Positions 26,928 through 36,255 of a DNA stretch of 64,000 nucleotides are shown here, one piece after another; the first letter of the stretch is position 1, and each line of letters begins with the position of its first letter. The notes beneath the pieces were generated by a model. The model saw only the letters and a list, made by a program, of their open reading frames with translations. It ran no database searches and was not told the origin of the DNA. The translations under genes and the position numbers were made by a program. Location of the stretch: IMG/VR virus record IMGVR_UViG_3300046692_000091, positions 248,001 through 312,000 of that record; one strand, 5' to 3'.

Positions 26928-29075
26928 ATGCCAACAGTGTATCAAGTCTCTGAAGCATATCAACAAAAACTGCGTGATCGTAACATTGATGAAACGCTAT
27001 TGGGTAATGCGTGTCTCGATCCGTTTTATGGAACGACATCGTCTGCACGTGGTGCCATGTTCTTGTCGCACATTGGCCAATCCCCAGAGTCTGAAGGTTG
27101 TGAACCTCGCCGATTCCAGGCTGGTATGGAAATGCAGTTTGGTGAATACACATTCGATGTGAAGTTCCCAGTAGACTGTGTGATCCTGAACGTTATTCGT
27201 AAGTATCCTACCTCGGGTATGGGTTCTGCGATTCGACGTAACCCAGTGACTACAATCATCTTCGAACATTATTACGATAAGCATAAGACGAAAGATGTCT
27301 TGCATATCAGTGACTATTGCTCGATGCACCAGGACTTCGGTTTCAAGCTCGAAAAGAACAAGAAGGTAATGGAGAACCTGGTCCCAGGCCAGATGTTTGC
27401 CAAAGGTACTGTCATCGCACAAACCCGTGCTGTTCGTGAAGACGGAATGTGGGGTGGCGGTGTAAACATGAATGCCATGTTCATGTCGATGCCTGGTACT
27501 ATTGAAGACGGATTCGTGTTCTCTGATCGTGCATTGGAGAAGCTCAGTCCCCGCATCTATAACGATGCGATCGGTAACGCTGGTCGTAAAGCATTCTTCC
27601 TGAACATGTATGGCGATGAGAATCTCTATAAGCCATTCCCAGACATCGGTGATAAGATCCGTCCTGACGGTGTGGTCTTCGCTCTACGGGATCTTGATCC
27701 AGATCTGTCTCCAGCAGACATGACTTCTCGGGCACTGATGACACTCGACCGAACATTCGATCGGGCTACTATCGGTATCCCAGGTGCAACTGTAGTTGAT
27801 ATCAACATCTATCGTGATGATCGGGTTAACCCATCGCACACACCACTCGGTATGGATGAACAGCTCGTTAAGTATCACACGGCGCTGTCGAACTATTATC
27901 GAGAGATCATGAAAGTCTATCAAGGACTCTATGGTCGTTGGAAAGAATCGCTACGGATCACTCCAGCATTCCACCAACTGGTAGTAGAAGCTCAGATCCA
28001 TCTACCTGTTAAACAAGAACAGCGTAAGCTCAGCCGGATGTATCGTCTGGAGCCATTGGATGAATGGCGTGTAAGTCTCACCTATGAAGCTATCAAGATG
28101 CCTGGTGGTGCTTATAAAGCTACCGACTGGCACGGTGGTAAGGGTGTAGTCTGTGAAGTGAAGCCATGGCAGGATATGCCAGTAGACCAATGGGGTAACT
28201 ATGCCGACGTTGTGATCTTCGGTGGCTCTACCATGCGACGGTCGAACTATGGTCGACTGTATGAACAAGGTCTAGGTGCAGCTGCACGAGATCTGGTACA
28301 GCGTCTGCGTGTAGAGAAAGGCCTGGATCGTCATGAGACTCCAACTGAAGCCCAGTTGAAAGCAGTAATGGCAGATCGGGAATGGGTTGACTATGCTTTC
28401 AAAGAGCTGATCGACTTCTATCACATCGTAGCGCCATCGATGCCAGAGATCTTGCTGGATCAACCTGAACCTGCACAGCATGTGTATCACGTATTGCGCG
28501 ATCAGTATTATCTGTTCACCCCGGTAACAGATCAGGTAAGTCTGATGGAGTGCGTTAACAAGATCACGAACTCTCGGTTCTGCCCGAACTTCGGTCCTGT
28601 AACATATCGAGATCAAGCTGGGCGTGTAGTGACTACGGTCAAGAACGTCTTGAGTGGTTATCTGTATATCATGCTGCTGGAGAAGATCGGTGAAGACTGG
28701 TCCGCTGTAGCTTCTGTGAAAACACAACCATTCGGTCTGCCATCGAAATTGAATAACTCTGACCGGGCATCTACTCCTGGTCGTGAAACAGCTATTCGTT
28801 CTCTTGGTGAATCGGAAACCCGCTCGTATAACTCGGTAGTCGGTCCAGAGCCTACTAACGAACTGGTAGATCAAACCAACAACCCACAAGCGCACATCGC
28901 GGTAGTTAACTCTATCCTGACTGCGGACATGCCAACCAACATCGCCAGAGCAGTTGACCGTAAGGTAATCCCATTCGGTAACTCTCGACCAGTTGCATTG
29001 CTGAATCACTTACTGGAATGTCGAGGTCTGCGCCTCGTCTATAAACCAGACTCCGAAATCCGTTACGCTGCTTGA
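26928..29075 (+). CDS. non-virion RNA polymerase beta-like subunit, C-terminal part (phiKZ gp71-73-like)
   Basis: SSAR..MF.SH, EDGFVFS, KATDWHGGKGVV, LEKIG, IRSLGESETR; AGGAG RBS before ATG 26928; one uninterrupted ORF. Confidence 0.95.
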   Translation: MPTVYQVSEAYQQKLRDRNIDETLLGNACLDPFYGTTSSARGAMFLSHIGQSPESEGCEPRRFQAGMEMQFGEYTFDVKFPVDCVILNVIRKYPTSGMGSAIRRNPVTTIIFEHYYDKHKTKDVLHISDYCSMHQDFGFKLEKNKKVMENLVPGQMFAKGTVIAQTRAVREDGMWGGGVNMNAMFMSMPGTIEDGFVFSDRALEKLSPRIYNDAIGNAGRKAFFLNMYGDENLYKPFPDIGDKIRPDGVVFALRDLDPDLSPADMTSRALMTLDRTFDRATIGIPGATVVDINIYRDDRVNPSHTPLGMDEQLVKYHTALSNYYREIMKVYQGLYGRWKESLRITPAFHQLVVEAQIHLPVKQEQRKLSRMYRLEPLDEWRVSLTYEAIKMPGGAYKATDWHGGKGVVCEVKPWQDMPVDQWGNYADVVIFGGSTMRRSNYGRLYEQGLGAAARDLVQRLRVEKGLDRHETPTEAQLKAVMADREWVDYAFKELIDFYHIVAPSMPEILLDQPEPAQHVYHVLRDQYYLFTPVTDQVSLMECVNKITNSRFCPNFGPVTYRDQAGRVVTTVKNVLSGYLYIMLLEKIGEDWSAVASVKTQPFGLPSKLNNSDRASTPGRETAIRSLGESETRSYNSVVGPEPTNELVDQTNNPQAHIAVVNSILTADMPTNIARAVDRKVIPFGNSRPVALLNHLLECRGLRLVYKPDSEIRYAA

Positions 29076-29082
29076 GGTATTA

Positions 29083-31056
29083 ATGAATCATTACAAAGCC
29101 CGTGACTTGCTGAATCTGTCTTATGAACAGCTATGGGCACTGCCCTCGGAATGGCACGTCATTGAGTTTGATGATGGAAAGCAGTTACTAGCTCGGGATC
29201 GGATCACTAAGCTGTCCGTTCTGAACTGGTATCCGCTGAAAGCGTATCCAGATGTACCGATCTTGAAAGAGTATCACATGGGTTCGAAGCGAGTGACTGC
29301 AAAGTCACTCATCACCCACCTGAACAAAGTCATCTGGGGTATTCACGATCATACCAACGAAGAAGCTGATCCAGAGCACCTGGCTCGGTTAGCAATCGAA
29401 GCAACTAACTGGTTGTATAACGAATGTACGGTGAATCTATCCCCGTATGTAGCAACGCTGTCGATGTTCGATATCGCTGAAGTATATAACCACCCAGCAA
29501 TCCGGGAAGCAAACGAGAACGTAGAAGAATCCACCTATGGCATTGAATCCGTCGCGTACAAAAAGATCGGTGCAGCGTTCGATGACATTGCGAACTTTCG
29601 TGGTAACTCCATCATTGAAGGTTATCGGTCTGGCACTCAGAAGCTGGAACAACTGCTGCAAGCATTTGGTCCACGGGGTTATCCGACTGACATCAACTCG
29701 GACATCTTCGCACATCCGGTAACAGTTGGCTATGTAGATGGTATCTGGGATCTCTATGGTTCCATGATCGAATCTCGTTCAGGTACCAAAGCGTTGCTCT
29801 ATAACAAAGAGCTGCTGCGGGTAACTGAATATTTCAACCGGAAGTCTCAGCTGATCGCTCAGTATGTACAGCGTCTCCACAAAGGTGATTGCGGTACTCC
29901 AATCCTCATCGACTTCCCGGTCCTGAAGAACACACTCAAAGCTCTGCGCGGTAAGTATTATCTGCGTGAAGATGGCGTGATGGATTGGATGCGCGGTGAT
30001 GAAACGCACATGATCGGTAAGATGATCAAGATGCGTTCGGTACTGGGTTGTACTCACCCAGACCCGGCCGGTGTATGTTCTCGTTGTTATGGTCGGTTGG
30101 CATTCTCGATCATGCGTGGGACTAACATCGGTCAGGTATCTGCCGTATCGATGGGCGATAAGATTACCTCATCGGTATTGTCCACTAAACACACCGACGC
30201 AACCTCTGCGGTAGAGCAGTTCCAAATCACTGGTGCCGTAGCACGATATCTCCGTGATGGCGATCAAAGTGAAACGTTGTATTTGAAGAAAGACTTGGCT
30301 AACCAAGGATATAGACTAATCATCAAGACAGCTGAAGCAACATCTCTAGCCGACGTACTGATGATCAAAGACCTATCGGCATATCCAGCTGAAAGTGCAT
30401 CTGAACTGACACACATCGGTTTGATTCGCACTGTCGAAGGAGAAGATCTGGGTGACATTCTCCCAGTGTCGTTGTATAACCGTAAGGCAAGTCTCTCCAC
30501 TGAAATGCTATGTCACGTACAACGAGTAGGCTGGATCACAGACAACCGCGATAACATCGTGATTGATCTGACAGGGTTCGACTTCGAACAACCATTCCTG
30601 ACGTTGCCTTATAAGCACGTGAACATGTACGAGTTCATGAAGCGCGTACAATCGTTCCTGCACTCCGGTGACAATGGCGATGGTTCTAAGTTGTCCTCAG
30701 ACAAGGTTGGCTTCACTAGCAAAACCTATCTGAAGAACTATAAAGATCCAGTCGATGCTATTGCTGCATTCGCTGCATTGATCAATGAGAAGATTCGTCT
30801 GAACATCGTTCATTGTGAAGTTCTGGTATACGCTATGATGATCGTATCGGCGTCTGCTAAGGATTACAACTTGCCAATCCCAGGTATCACGGGTTCATTC
30901 GAGAAGTATAACAAAGTAATGGACAACCGTAGTCTTGCTGGCAAGCTGGCTTTCGAGAAGCAGCATGAGCCACTTAATAACCCAGGCAGCTTCCTGTATA
31001 AAAACAGGATCAACCACCCTTACGATACAGCTGTAATGGGGGGTTGCATGTCCTAA
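29083..31056 (+). CDS. non-virion RNA polymerase beta'-like subunit, C-terminal part (phiKZ gp74-like)
   Basis: ESRSG.KALLYN...L...EYF.RK.QL, DCG, RSVLGC...GVC.RCYG, TSSVLSTKH. Confidence 0.92.
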   Translation: MNHYKARDLLNLSYEQLWALPSEWHVIEFDDGKQLLARDRITKLSVLNWYPLKAYPDVPILKEYHMGSKRVTAKSLITHLNKVIWGIHDHTNEEADPEHLARLAIEATNWLYNECTVNLSPYVATLSMFDIAEVYNHPAIREANENVEESTYGIESVAYKKIGAAFDDIANFRGNSIIEGYRSGTQKLEQLLQAFGPRGYPTDINSDIFAHPVTVGYVDGIWDLYGSMIESRSGTKALLYNKELLRVTEYFNRKSQLIAQYVQRLHKGDCGTPILIDFPVLKNTLKALRGKYYLREDGVMDWMRGDETHMIGKMIKMRSVLGCTHPDPAGVCSRCYGRLAFSIMRGTNIGQVSAVSMGDKITSSVLSTKHTDATSAVEQFQITGAVARYLRDGDQSETLYLKKDLANQGYRLIIKTAEATSLADVLMIKDLSAYPAESASELTHIGLIRTVEGEDLGDILPVSLYNRKASLSTEMLCHVQRVGWITDNRDNIVIDLTGFDFEQPFLTLPYKHVNMYEFMKRVQSFLHSGDNGDGSKLSSDKVGFTSKTYLKNYKDPVDAIAAFAALINEKIRLNIVHCEVLVYAMMIVSASAKDYNLPIPGITGSFEKYNKVMDNRSLAGKLAFEKQHEPLNNPGSFLYKNRINHPYDTAVMGGCMS

Positions 31057-31071
31057 GCGGAGGACGAAGTT

Positions 31072-31109
31072 TGGAGGGCTTCGGCCCTCCATTACTCGTT
31101 AATTTTTTT
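31072..31109 (+). terminator. intrinsic terminator
   Basis: tggagggc-TTCG-gccctcca followed by a T-rich tract. Confidence 0.65.
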
Positions 31110-32636
31110 ATGGAACCACTGATTACAGCCGAGAGGTATACCCATGGGGTACGCCTATCTGGTTATTCCAGGGAGACACTGTATAAACTACAGCGCTTCT
31201 TGGATACGTTACTGTTACGGGAACCAACTAAAGTCCAAGGCCGTATGGTCATGGTTACTAAGAAGAAGTACTATGGCATAACGGAAGACAACCGAAGCAT
31301 CTTTATCCATCGAAACTCTTACCCCGCTCTGGTTAAGCATCTAGCAAATGTACAAATCCCAGAAGAACGGATCAGGGTAATTGATATCGTGGTGCCTACT
31401 GCTGCACCGGCTAGGTTCGTGGTAAAAGAAAAGTTCTCAATGCGGGACTACCAGGAAACAATCCTGGAAGATATCTTGAGACCACATCTCCATTCGGCTC
31501 GGGTAGACCTGCAAACGGGTAAAGGGAAAACGTACACAAGTCTGGAAGCTCAATCGTCTCTGGGGTGTCGTACCGTTATCATGGTTCCGCCTAAGTACTT
31601 CGGTATCTGGGAAGAAGCATTGAAAGACGTCTACGAAGATATTGACTTGCGTTACGTTCGTGTGAGTGGATCTGCAGAATTGCAAATGATGATCAACCGT
31701 GGCATCGAGAATGACCTTGATGGTATCGATGTTATATTGATCTCTAACGTTACCTATCGTGCGTATATTGATACGTTCGAGCGCCTGGGTGACAAGATCG
31801 ACACTGTTGGCTATAATGCTCCTCCGCCTCGTTTCCACGAAGCGTTGAAAGTAGGCTTGCAGATCAACGACGAAATCCAAGAAGACCCAGGTCTGTTGTT
31901 CCGTACGGACATGTACACCAACGTTGCAAAACAGATCTATCTGTCGGCTACTCCTTTCACGGGGAATGACTACGTTACAAAGATGATCGACTTGATGCTC
32001 CCTCCAGAGACATGCTGTCGGTTACCTAGTTACGATTCGTATATCAACGTGGTTGGTGTGCTGTACAGCGAGCCTGCAATTCAGTCTCGTGATTATCTGA
32101 CTCCGTTTAAGAACACGTATAACCATGCGCGTTACGAAACGCAGATGATGAAATCGAAGAAACGTCTGGAAGCTTACAACCTGATGGTTTCTCGAATTCT
32201 CTATGGTCAGTATATCTCGGATCGTATTCAGGAACAGAAAGCCCTAGTACTATGTGCTACGGTTGCTTTCATTGATCAACTTGTTAAGTACTTGAAGGTT
32301 AAGTATCCCGATATACAGATCAATGAACACGTAGCTGGTTCTCCTTACGCACGATTGATGTTGAACGATGTAACGGTATCGACTATTAAGTCATCCGGTA
32401 CTGGTGTTGACATTCCTAACTTGCGTGAAGTGATCCTGTTACAAGCAACGGACTCGAAGAAGGATAACATCCAGATCCTAGGCCGCCTGCGTAAGTTGAA
32501 GCTGTTTGCTGACGTGGTCCCACGTATGACATACCTGGTGTGTCAACACATCCCACAACACGTCAAGTACCACAAGAACAAGGCTGACCACTTCGCTGGT
32601 AAGATCTTGAACATGGTTCTCAGAAAAATTAGCTAG
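31110..32636 (+). CDS. SF2 (UvsW-like) helicase, phiKZ gp75-like
   Basis: MRDYQ, LQTGKGKT (Walker A), INDEIQE, LSAT, TGVDIPNL, QILGRLR; start set to ATG 31110. Confidence 0.9.
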   Translation: MEPLITAERYTHGVRLSGYSRETLYKLQRFLDTLLLREPTKVQGRMVMVTKKKYYGITEDNRSIFIHRNSYPALVKHLANVQIPEERIRVIDIVVPTAAPARFVVKEKFSMRDYQETILEDILRPHLHSARVDLQTGKGKTYTSLEAQSSLGCRTVIMVPPKYFGIWEEALKDVYEDIDLRYVRVSGSAELQMMINRGIENDLDGIDVILISNVTYRAYIDTFERLGDKIDTVGYNAPPPRFHEALKVGLQINDEIQEDPGLLFRTDMYTNVAKQIYLSATPFTGNDYVTKMIDLMLPPETCCRLPSYDSYINVVGVLYSEPAIQSRDYLTPFKNTYNHARYETQMMKSKKRLEAYNLMVSRILYGQYISDRIQEQKALVLCATVAFIDQLVKYLKVKYPDIQINEHVAGSPYARLMLNDVTVSTIKSSGTGVDIPNLREVILLQATDSKKDNIQILGRLRKLKLFADVVPRMTYLVCQHIPQHVKYHKNKADHFAGKILNMVLRKIS

Positions 32637-32656
32637 TCCTTCGGGGCTAGCTTTAT
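32631..32656 (+). terminator. hairpin after the helicase
   Basis: agctagtcc-TTCG-gggctagct-TTA. Confidence 0.6.
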
Positions 32657-32673
32657 TCCGTCTAGAGGTTTAA

Positions 32674-32877
32674 ATGCAATACGCTTACTTCGCTTTTCTA
32701 ATAGCTATCGTCATAACGCTAGGTGCCGTCTGGTACCGTGATTGGAAGTATCCATTCATGCAGCGTACCCCACACTGGACAAAGTCCCTGTCGCACAAGA
32801 TCGCTAAGATTGCATTCTGTGTAGCCTTGGTGTTTATGGCTACCTTCCTTTATATGTACTTCAAGGAAATGATTTAA
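32674..32877 (+). CDS. small membrane protein (2 TM)
   Basis: 67 aa, two hydrophobic segments, GAGGT RBS. Confidence 0.75.
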   Translation: MQYAYFAFLIAIVITLGAVWYRDWKYPFMQRTPHWTKSLSHKIAKIAFCVALVFMATFLYMYFKEMI

Positions 32878-32916
32878 ATAATCTAAAGGACTATATTACA
32901 ATCGTGAATATAGTCC
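32878..32916 (+). promoter_or_regulatory. probable early promoter embedded in a 10-bp inverted repeat
   Basis: TATATTAC at 32892-99 preceded by AATAATCT; GGACTATATT-N9-AATATAGTCC. Confidence 0.6.
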
Positions 32917-32934
32917 AACATAAGGAGCTCCATC

Positions 32935-33138
32935 ATGTATTGGGCACTCGTCTTCTTTGGTCCTGTTATACTCATGCTAGTTGGCTTGGGTGCAGCAGGT
33001 TCAGCTATTGCAATGATCGCTGATAAACCACGTCGTACAATGACCTGGATTATTAGTCCGGTGATGGTTGCACTGGGTGTTGGCATCTTCTTCAGTGGTA
33101 TCACACTGTTTGATTTCGTACTCACAAGTATCAAATAA
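32935..33138 (+). CDS. small membrane protein (2 TM)
   Basis: 67 aa, TAAGGAG RBS. Confidence 0.75.
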   Translation: MYWALVFFGPVILMLVGLGAAGSAIAMIADKPRRTMTWIISPVMVALGVGIFFSGITLFDFVLTSIK

Positions 33139-33147
33139 GGAACAATA

Positions 33148-33387
33148 ATGCTTTTCGCAATTATGACATTATACGCTGCCTACCGTGGTATCTGGTGGAT
33201 AGTTGACTGGCAACAAGGTAAGTTCACTGCTACTACATTTTCATGGGCGGTCAATTGCGTCATGGCATGTGTTGCAACAATTTGTGTTGTTGCAATTATC
33301 TTCTCGACCAGTATCAACATGACCGCAGGTGAATCTGGTTTTGGTATTAACATCGTCTTCGCATATGAATTAAAAGCTAAGGAGTAA
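33148..33387 (+). CDS. small membrane protein (2-3 TM)
   Basis: 79 aa, TAAGGA RBS. Confidence 0.75.
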   Translation: MLFAIMTLYAAYRGIWWIVDWQQGKFTATTFSWAVNCVMACVATICVVAIIFSTSINMTAGESGFGINIVFAYELKAKE

Positions 33388-33389
33388 TC

Positions 33390-33626
33390 ATGATTACCGT
33401 TCTAGGCATGCTAATGGTTGTACTCGCTTTCTGTTTGCTGTTAGCATACCTACAAGGCTATCTGTGGCACGGACTGCCAACAGCTATACTCTGCGTTACC
33501 TTTATGGTTATCAGCTGTGGTGTGCTGGTATACGGTCTTGAAAGTGAGACTCCAGGTGGCCTCTATTATAAATCCGATCACCCACAGCTAAAGGAGGTAA
33601 AAAATGGAATACTTGTCCGTAGTTGA
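33390..33626 (+). CDS. small membrane protein (2 TM)
   Basis: 78 aa, TAAGGAG RBS. Confidence 0.75.
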   Translation: MITVLGMLMVVLAFCLLLAYLQGYLWHGLPTAILCVTFMVISCGVLVYGLESETPGGLYYKSDHPQLKEVKNGILVRS

Positions 33627-33843
33627 TTACTTTCATGGTGCTGGTGGGATGCTGTTGATCGGTATCCTAGTAATGGTTGTCGCTTTCGTAATGCATGTTA
33701 GTGAGAACAACATGAACCATGCAGTTTATGAGTTCGTTGCTCTCATTTACATAGGTGGGACCTTAGGGTTAACCTTGTTCTTCATCGCAATTCCTACACT
33801 CTGTTTTATCCGTCCAATCTTGATGTGTTATCGGGTGATGTAA
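33604..33843 (+). CDS. small membrane protein (2 TM)
   Basis: 79 aa, AAGGAGG RBS. Confidence 0.75.
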   Translation: MEYLSVVDYFHGAGGMLLIGILVMVVAFVMHVSENNMNHAVYEFVALIYIGGTLGLTLFFIAIPTLCFIRPILMCYRVM

Positions 33844-34067
33844 TGCTTTTGAATATGGCTACATTTGTATTGATGCTGATGTTTTGTCTAACTCTGCCTG
33901 GTGGGGTCTGGTTAGTCTATCGTCGTGAGTATGAACCTGAATTCATAACACGGCATCGTAAACTACTATTGTGGATTCTCTCCACAGTGACTATCCTTAC
34001 GGTGGTATCAACAGGGATCTGTATGTATGAGATCTCTTTGATTCAGGAACGCTTACTTTTACCATAA
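33843..34067 (+). CDS. small membrane protein (2 TM)
   Basis: 74 aa from a TAATG-coupled ATG at 33843. Confidence 0.7.
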   Translation: MLLNMATFVLMLMFCLTLPGGVWLVYRREYEPEFITRHRKLLLWILSTVTILTVVSTGICMYEISLIQERLLLP

Positions 34068-34070
34068 CGG

Positions 34071-34117
34071 CATAAAGCCTCCACCTTCGGGTGGAGGCAA
34101 TATGTTATTTTTTTTTT
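34071..34117. terminator. bidirectional terminator
   Basis: CATAAA-gcctccacc-TTCG-ggtggaggc-AATATG plus a long T run; between convergent genes. Confidence 0.8.
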
Positions 34118-34583
34118 ACTTCGTCTGACGATTCATGTCCCGAATATCTCGATTCATATCACGTAGAGCCCTGCTCTGCTCATCTACCTTACGCATCATG
34201 TCTGTTTCACCGATCTCTAGAATGAATGTGGCTTCGTCATATGGGAGTTCTTTAAACTCGTTATAACTAATACCCCACTGTTCTTTGACATTGTAACGAA
34301 CATACTTGCGCATTAATGAACGTACCGATCCACCTTCTACTGTATCCTCTTTGTCGAACATACGAACAACATCTAGAGGGTGCTTAGGGTGATCAGGTGG
34401 ACGAATACCATAGTCGTCCAAATAAGCTTCGCGCAGAAGTATCTCTGCAGTCGATGGTCTTATGGCTCCTACCTCAGCATAAAGCTTATCCAACTTACCC
34501 CCACGGGGGCGACGCTGATGGCCGAAGCTATACTGCGTCACGTGCCCATTGGGATCAGACAGATCAACTGCCAGGCGTGTCAT
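34116..34583 (-). CDS. conserved protein, possible tail/baseplate assembly chaperone
   Basis: 155 aa, WGISYNEFKELPYDEATFILE C-terminal pattern; cotranscribed with the 547-aa gene. Confidence 0.6.
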   Translation of the reverse strand: MTRLAVDLSDPNGHVTQYSFGHQRRPRGGKLDKLYAEVGAIRPSTAEILLREAYLDDYGIRPPDHPKHPLDVVRMFDKEDTVEGGSVRSLMRKYVRYNVKEQWGISYNEFKELPYDEATFILEIGETDMMRKVDEQSRALRDMNRDIRDMNRQTK

Positions 34584-34606
34584 CTGTGGGTCTTTGTTCT
34601 TATGAC

Positions 34607-36250
34607 CTACTGGTTGACTTTCTGGCCCGCCAAGGTAAAAAATGTCGATACGATATCAAGAGGAATCAAGTGATCGAAACGTTCATGGAACTTCTCGGCC
34701 ATTGCTGATTCACACACGGAACAGTTCCACGAAGGAATAGCAACCATGCACAGGATAGTATCGTCGATGAATTGCAGTACAGCTGCTTCGAAAGCAGAAG
34801 CGTACTTCTTATCCGACATTACGTTGGACAGGTATTCATCAATGACTTCTTCGTTCTCGGTCAAGAGCTCTTCAGTAGAATGAGCATCTTCACGTTGATA
34901 GATAGCGTCTACCCAATGAGAGTACTGTCGTGCGCCCGTGATAGAGCCCAGGCGATCGATGTAAGCATTACGGTTAGCGTCACCAGGGGCTTCGTTAAAA
35001 GCGCTGTGTGAAGCATCTACTACGCCGTCAATCCATCGGTTGCCAGCATCCCGTCGCTCAGCAATCGAAGGTACACGGAGACGAATGCCAATATCATCAA
35101 ACCATTTGATAGGCTTTCGACCCAGAGTGGTGTCTTGTGCATATTGATCCAATTCCTCTGCGCGTAATTGACGACCGAATCGAACGTGTAGTAAATCTTT
35201 CTGACGTTCTACGAGTTGTGTGATATCGAACCAGGTAAGCGAGAACATGTCCAGCTTAGCTTCTTCAACATGGGTACACTTGGATGGATCAGCGATGCAG
35301 GTATGGCGGTAGTTAAAACCACCTGGATACATAGTCGATGCCAAACCGTGGTGCAGAATCGGTTCGTCCAATGCAGACAGACGGTGTTCGATGTCACCAG
35401 GAGAAGTAGCAGCCATGTTAGTGTGTGTTACACACTGCAGAGCCAGATCCGTGAGAGCGTTGTTATAAACAGCAATCCGGTTAGAGAAACCTTGCCCTTT
35501 GGTAGCACGACCCAAACGAACTGCAACGTTCTGCAGTCGTTGAATCATGTTGGCTACTTCTGTGTTAGTCGGAGTACGCAACCGAATCCAGATACCAGTG
35601 TGAGGCATAGGGAATTCATGAGTGGCACCCATACCCGATTTACGGGTAAGATATGCGAGCATATCCGATTTAGCAGGTTTGTCTGACAGTTTGATCTTCG
35701 GACGGGATGGACCGATCTTACGACCGTTGTGTTCAAAGAACTGTACCCATTCAGAACCTTCGCGATGCGTAGCACGACGCGGTGTGGTGTTCATGTCGAC
35801 GTGTTCGATAGCGGACTGGAGTGTCTCCAGCCAATCGAGGTCGCGTTGCTCTGTGGTGATCTCACCGCCTTCAATGTCCGAGAACAAGCGGTTGTGTACA
35901 CGCAATACTTCTTCAAACGTTTCAGGGTTTTCACGCATGAACGAAATGATAGAAGCCATTGCTGGAATCTTTTCCGAATCAACTGGACGGTCGATACGGA
36001 AGTTTACTTTTGGTTGCTTGGGTGTGAACGGTACCAAGACCTCTTCATCACCCGGATCAACTGGATCGTCATCACCATCTGGCGATGTAACCGGAGCAGG
36101 GACTACCGGATCGGTAGCCTCTACTTCAATAACCTTTTGCTCTGGTGCTATTTCATAAACTGGAGCAGCAACAGTTTGCGCGAAGTGAACGGCTAGTTCA
36201 GCAGGGATCTCTTCGGCGAATTCTTCATCATCTTGAATATGTTGGGACAT
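34607..36250 (-). CDS. conserved Chimalliviridae protein (phiKZ gp77-like), possible baseplate hub chaperone
   Basis: 547 aa, acidic N-terminus, FPMPHTGIWIRLRTP, YP.GF.Y...C, C-terminal CSVC. Confidence 0.65.
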   Translation of the reverse strand: MSQHIQDDEEFAEEIPAELAVHFAQTVAAPVYEIAPEQKVIEVEATDPVVPAPVTSPDGDDDPVDPGDEEVLVPFTPKQPKVNFRIDRPVDSEKIPAMASIISFMRENPETFEEVLRVHNRLFSDIEGGEITTEQRDLDWLETLQSAIEHVDMNTTPRRATHREGSEWVQFFEHNGRKIGPSRPKIKLSDKPAKSDMLAYLTRKSGMGATHEFPMPHTGIWIRLRTPTNTEVANMIQRLQNVAVRLGRATKGQGFSNRIAVYNNALTDLALQCVTHTNMAATSPGDIEHRLSALDEPILHHGLASTMYPGGFNYRHTCIADPSKCTHVEEAKLDMFSLTWFDITQLVERQKDLLHVRFGRQLRAEELDQYAQDTTLGRKPIKWFDDIGIRLRVPSIAERRDAGNRWIDGVVDASHSAFNEAPGDANRNAYIDRLGSITGARQYSHWVDAIYQREDAHSTEELLTENEEVIDEYLSNVMSDKKYASAFEAAVLQFIDDTILCMVAIPSWNCSVCESAMAEKFHERFDHLIPLDIVSTFFTLAGQKVNQ

Positions 36251-36255
36251 TGGTA

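Noticed and set aside
32883-33134. 83-aa hydrophobic minus-strand ORF
   Set aside because: It is an antisense shadow of the RBS-supported plus-strand membrane gene
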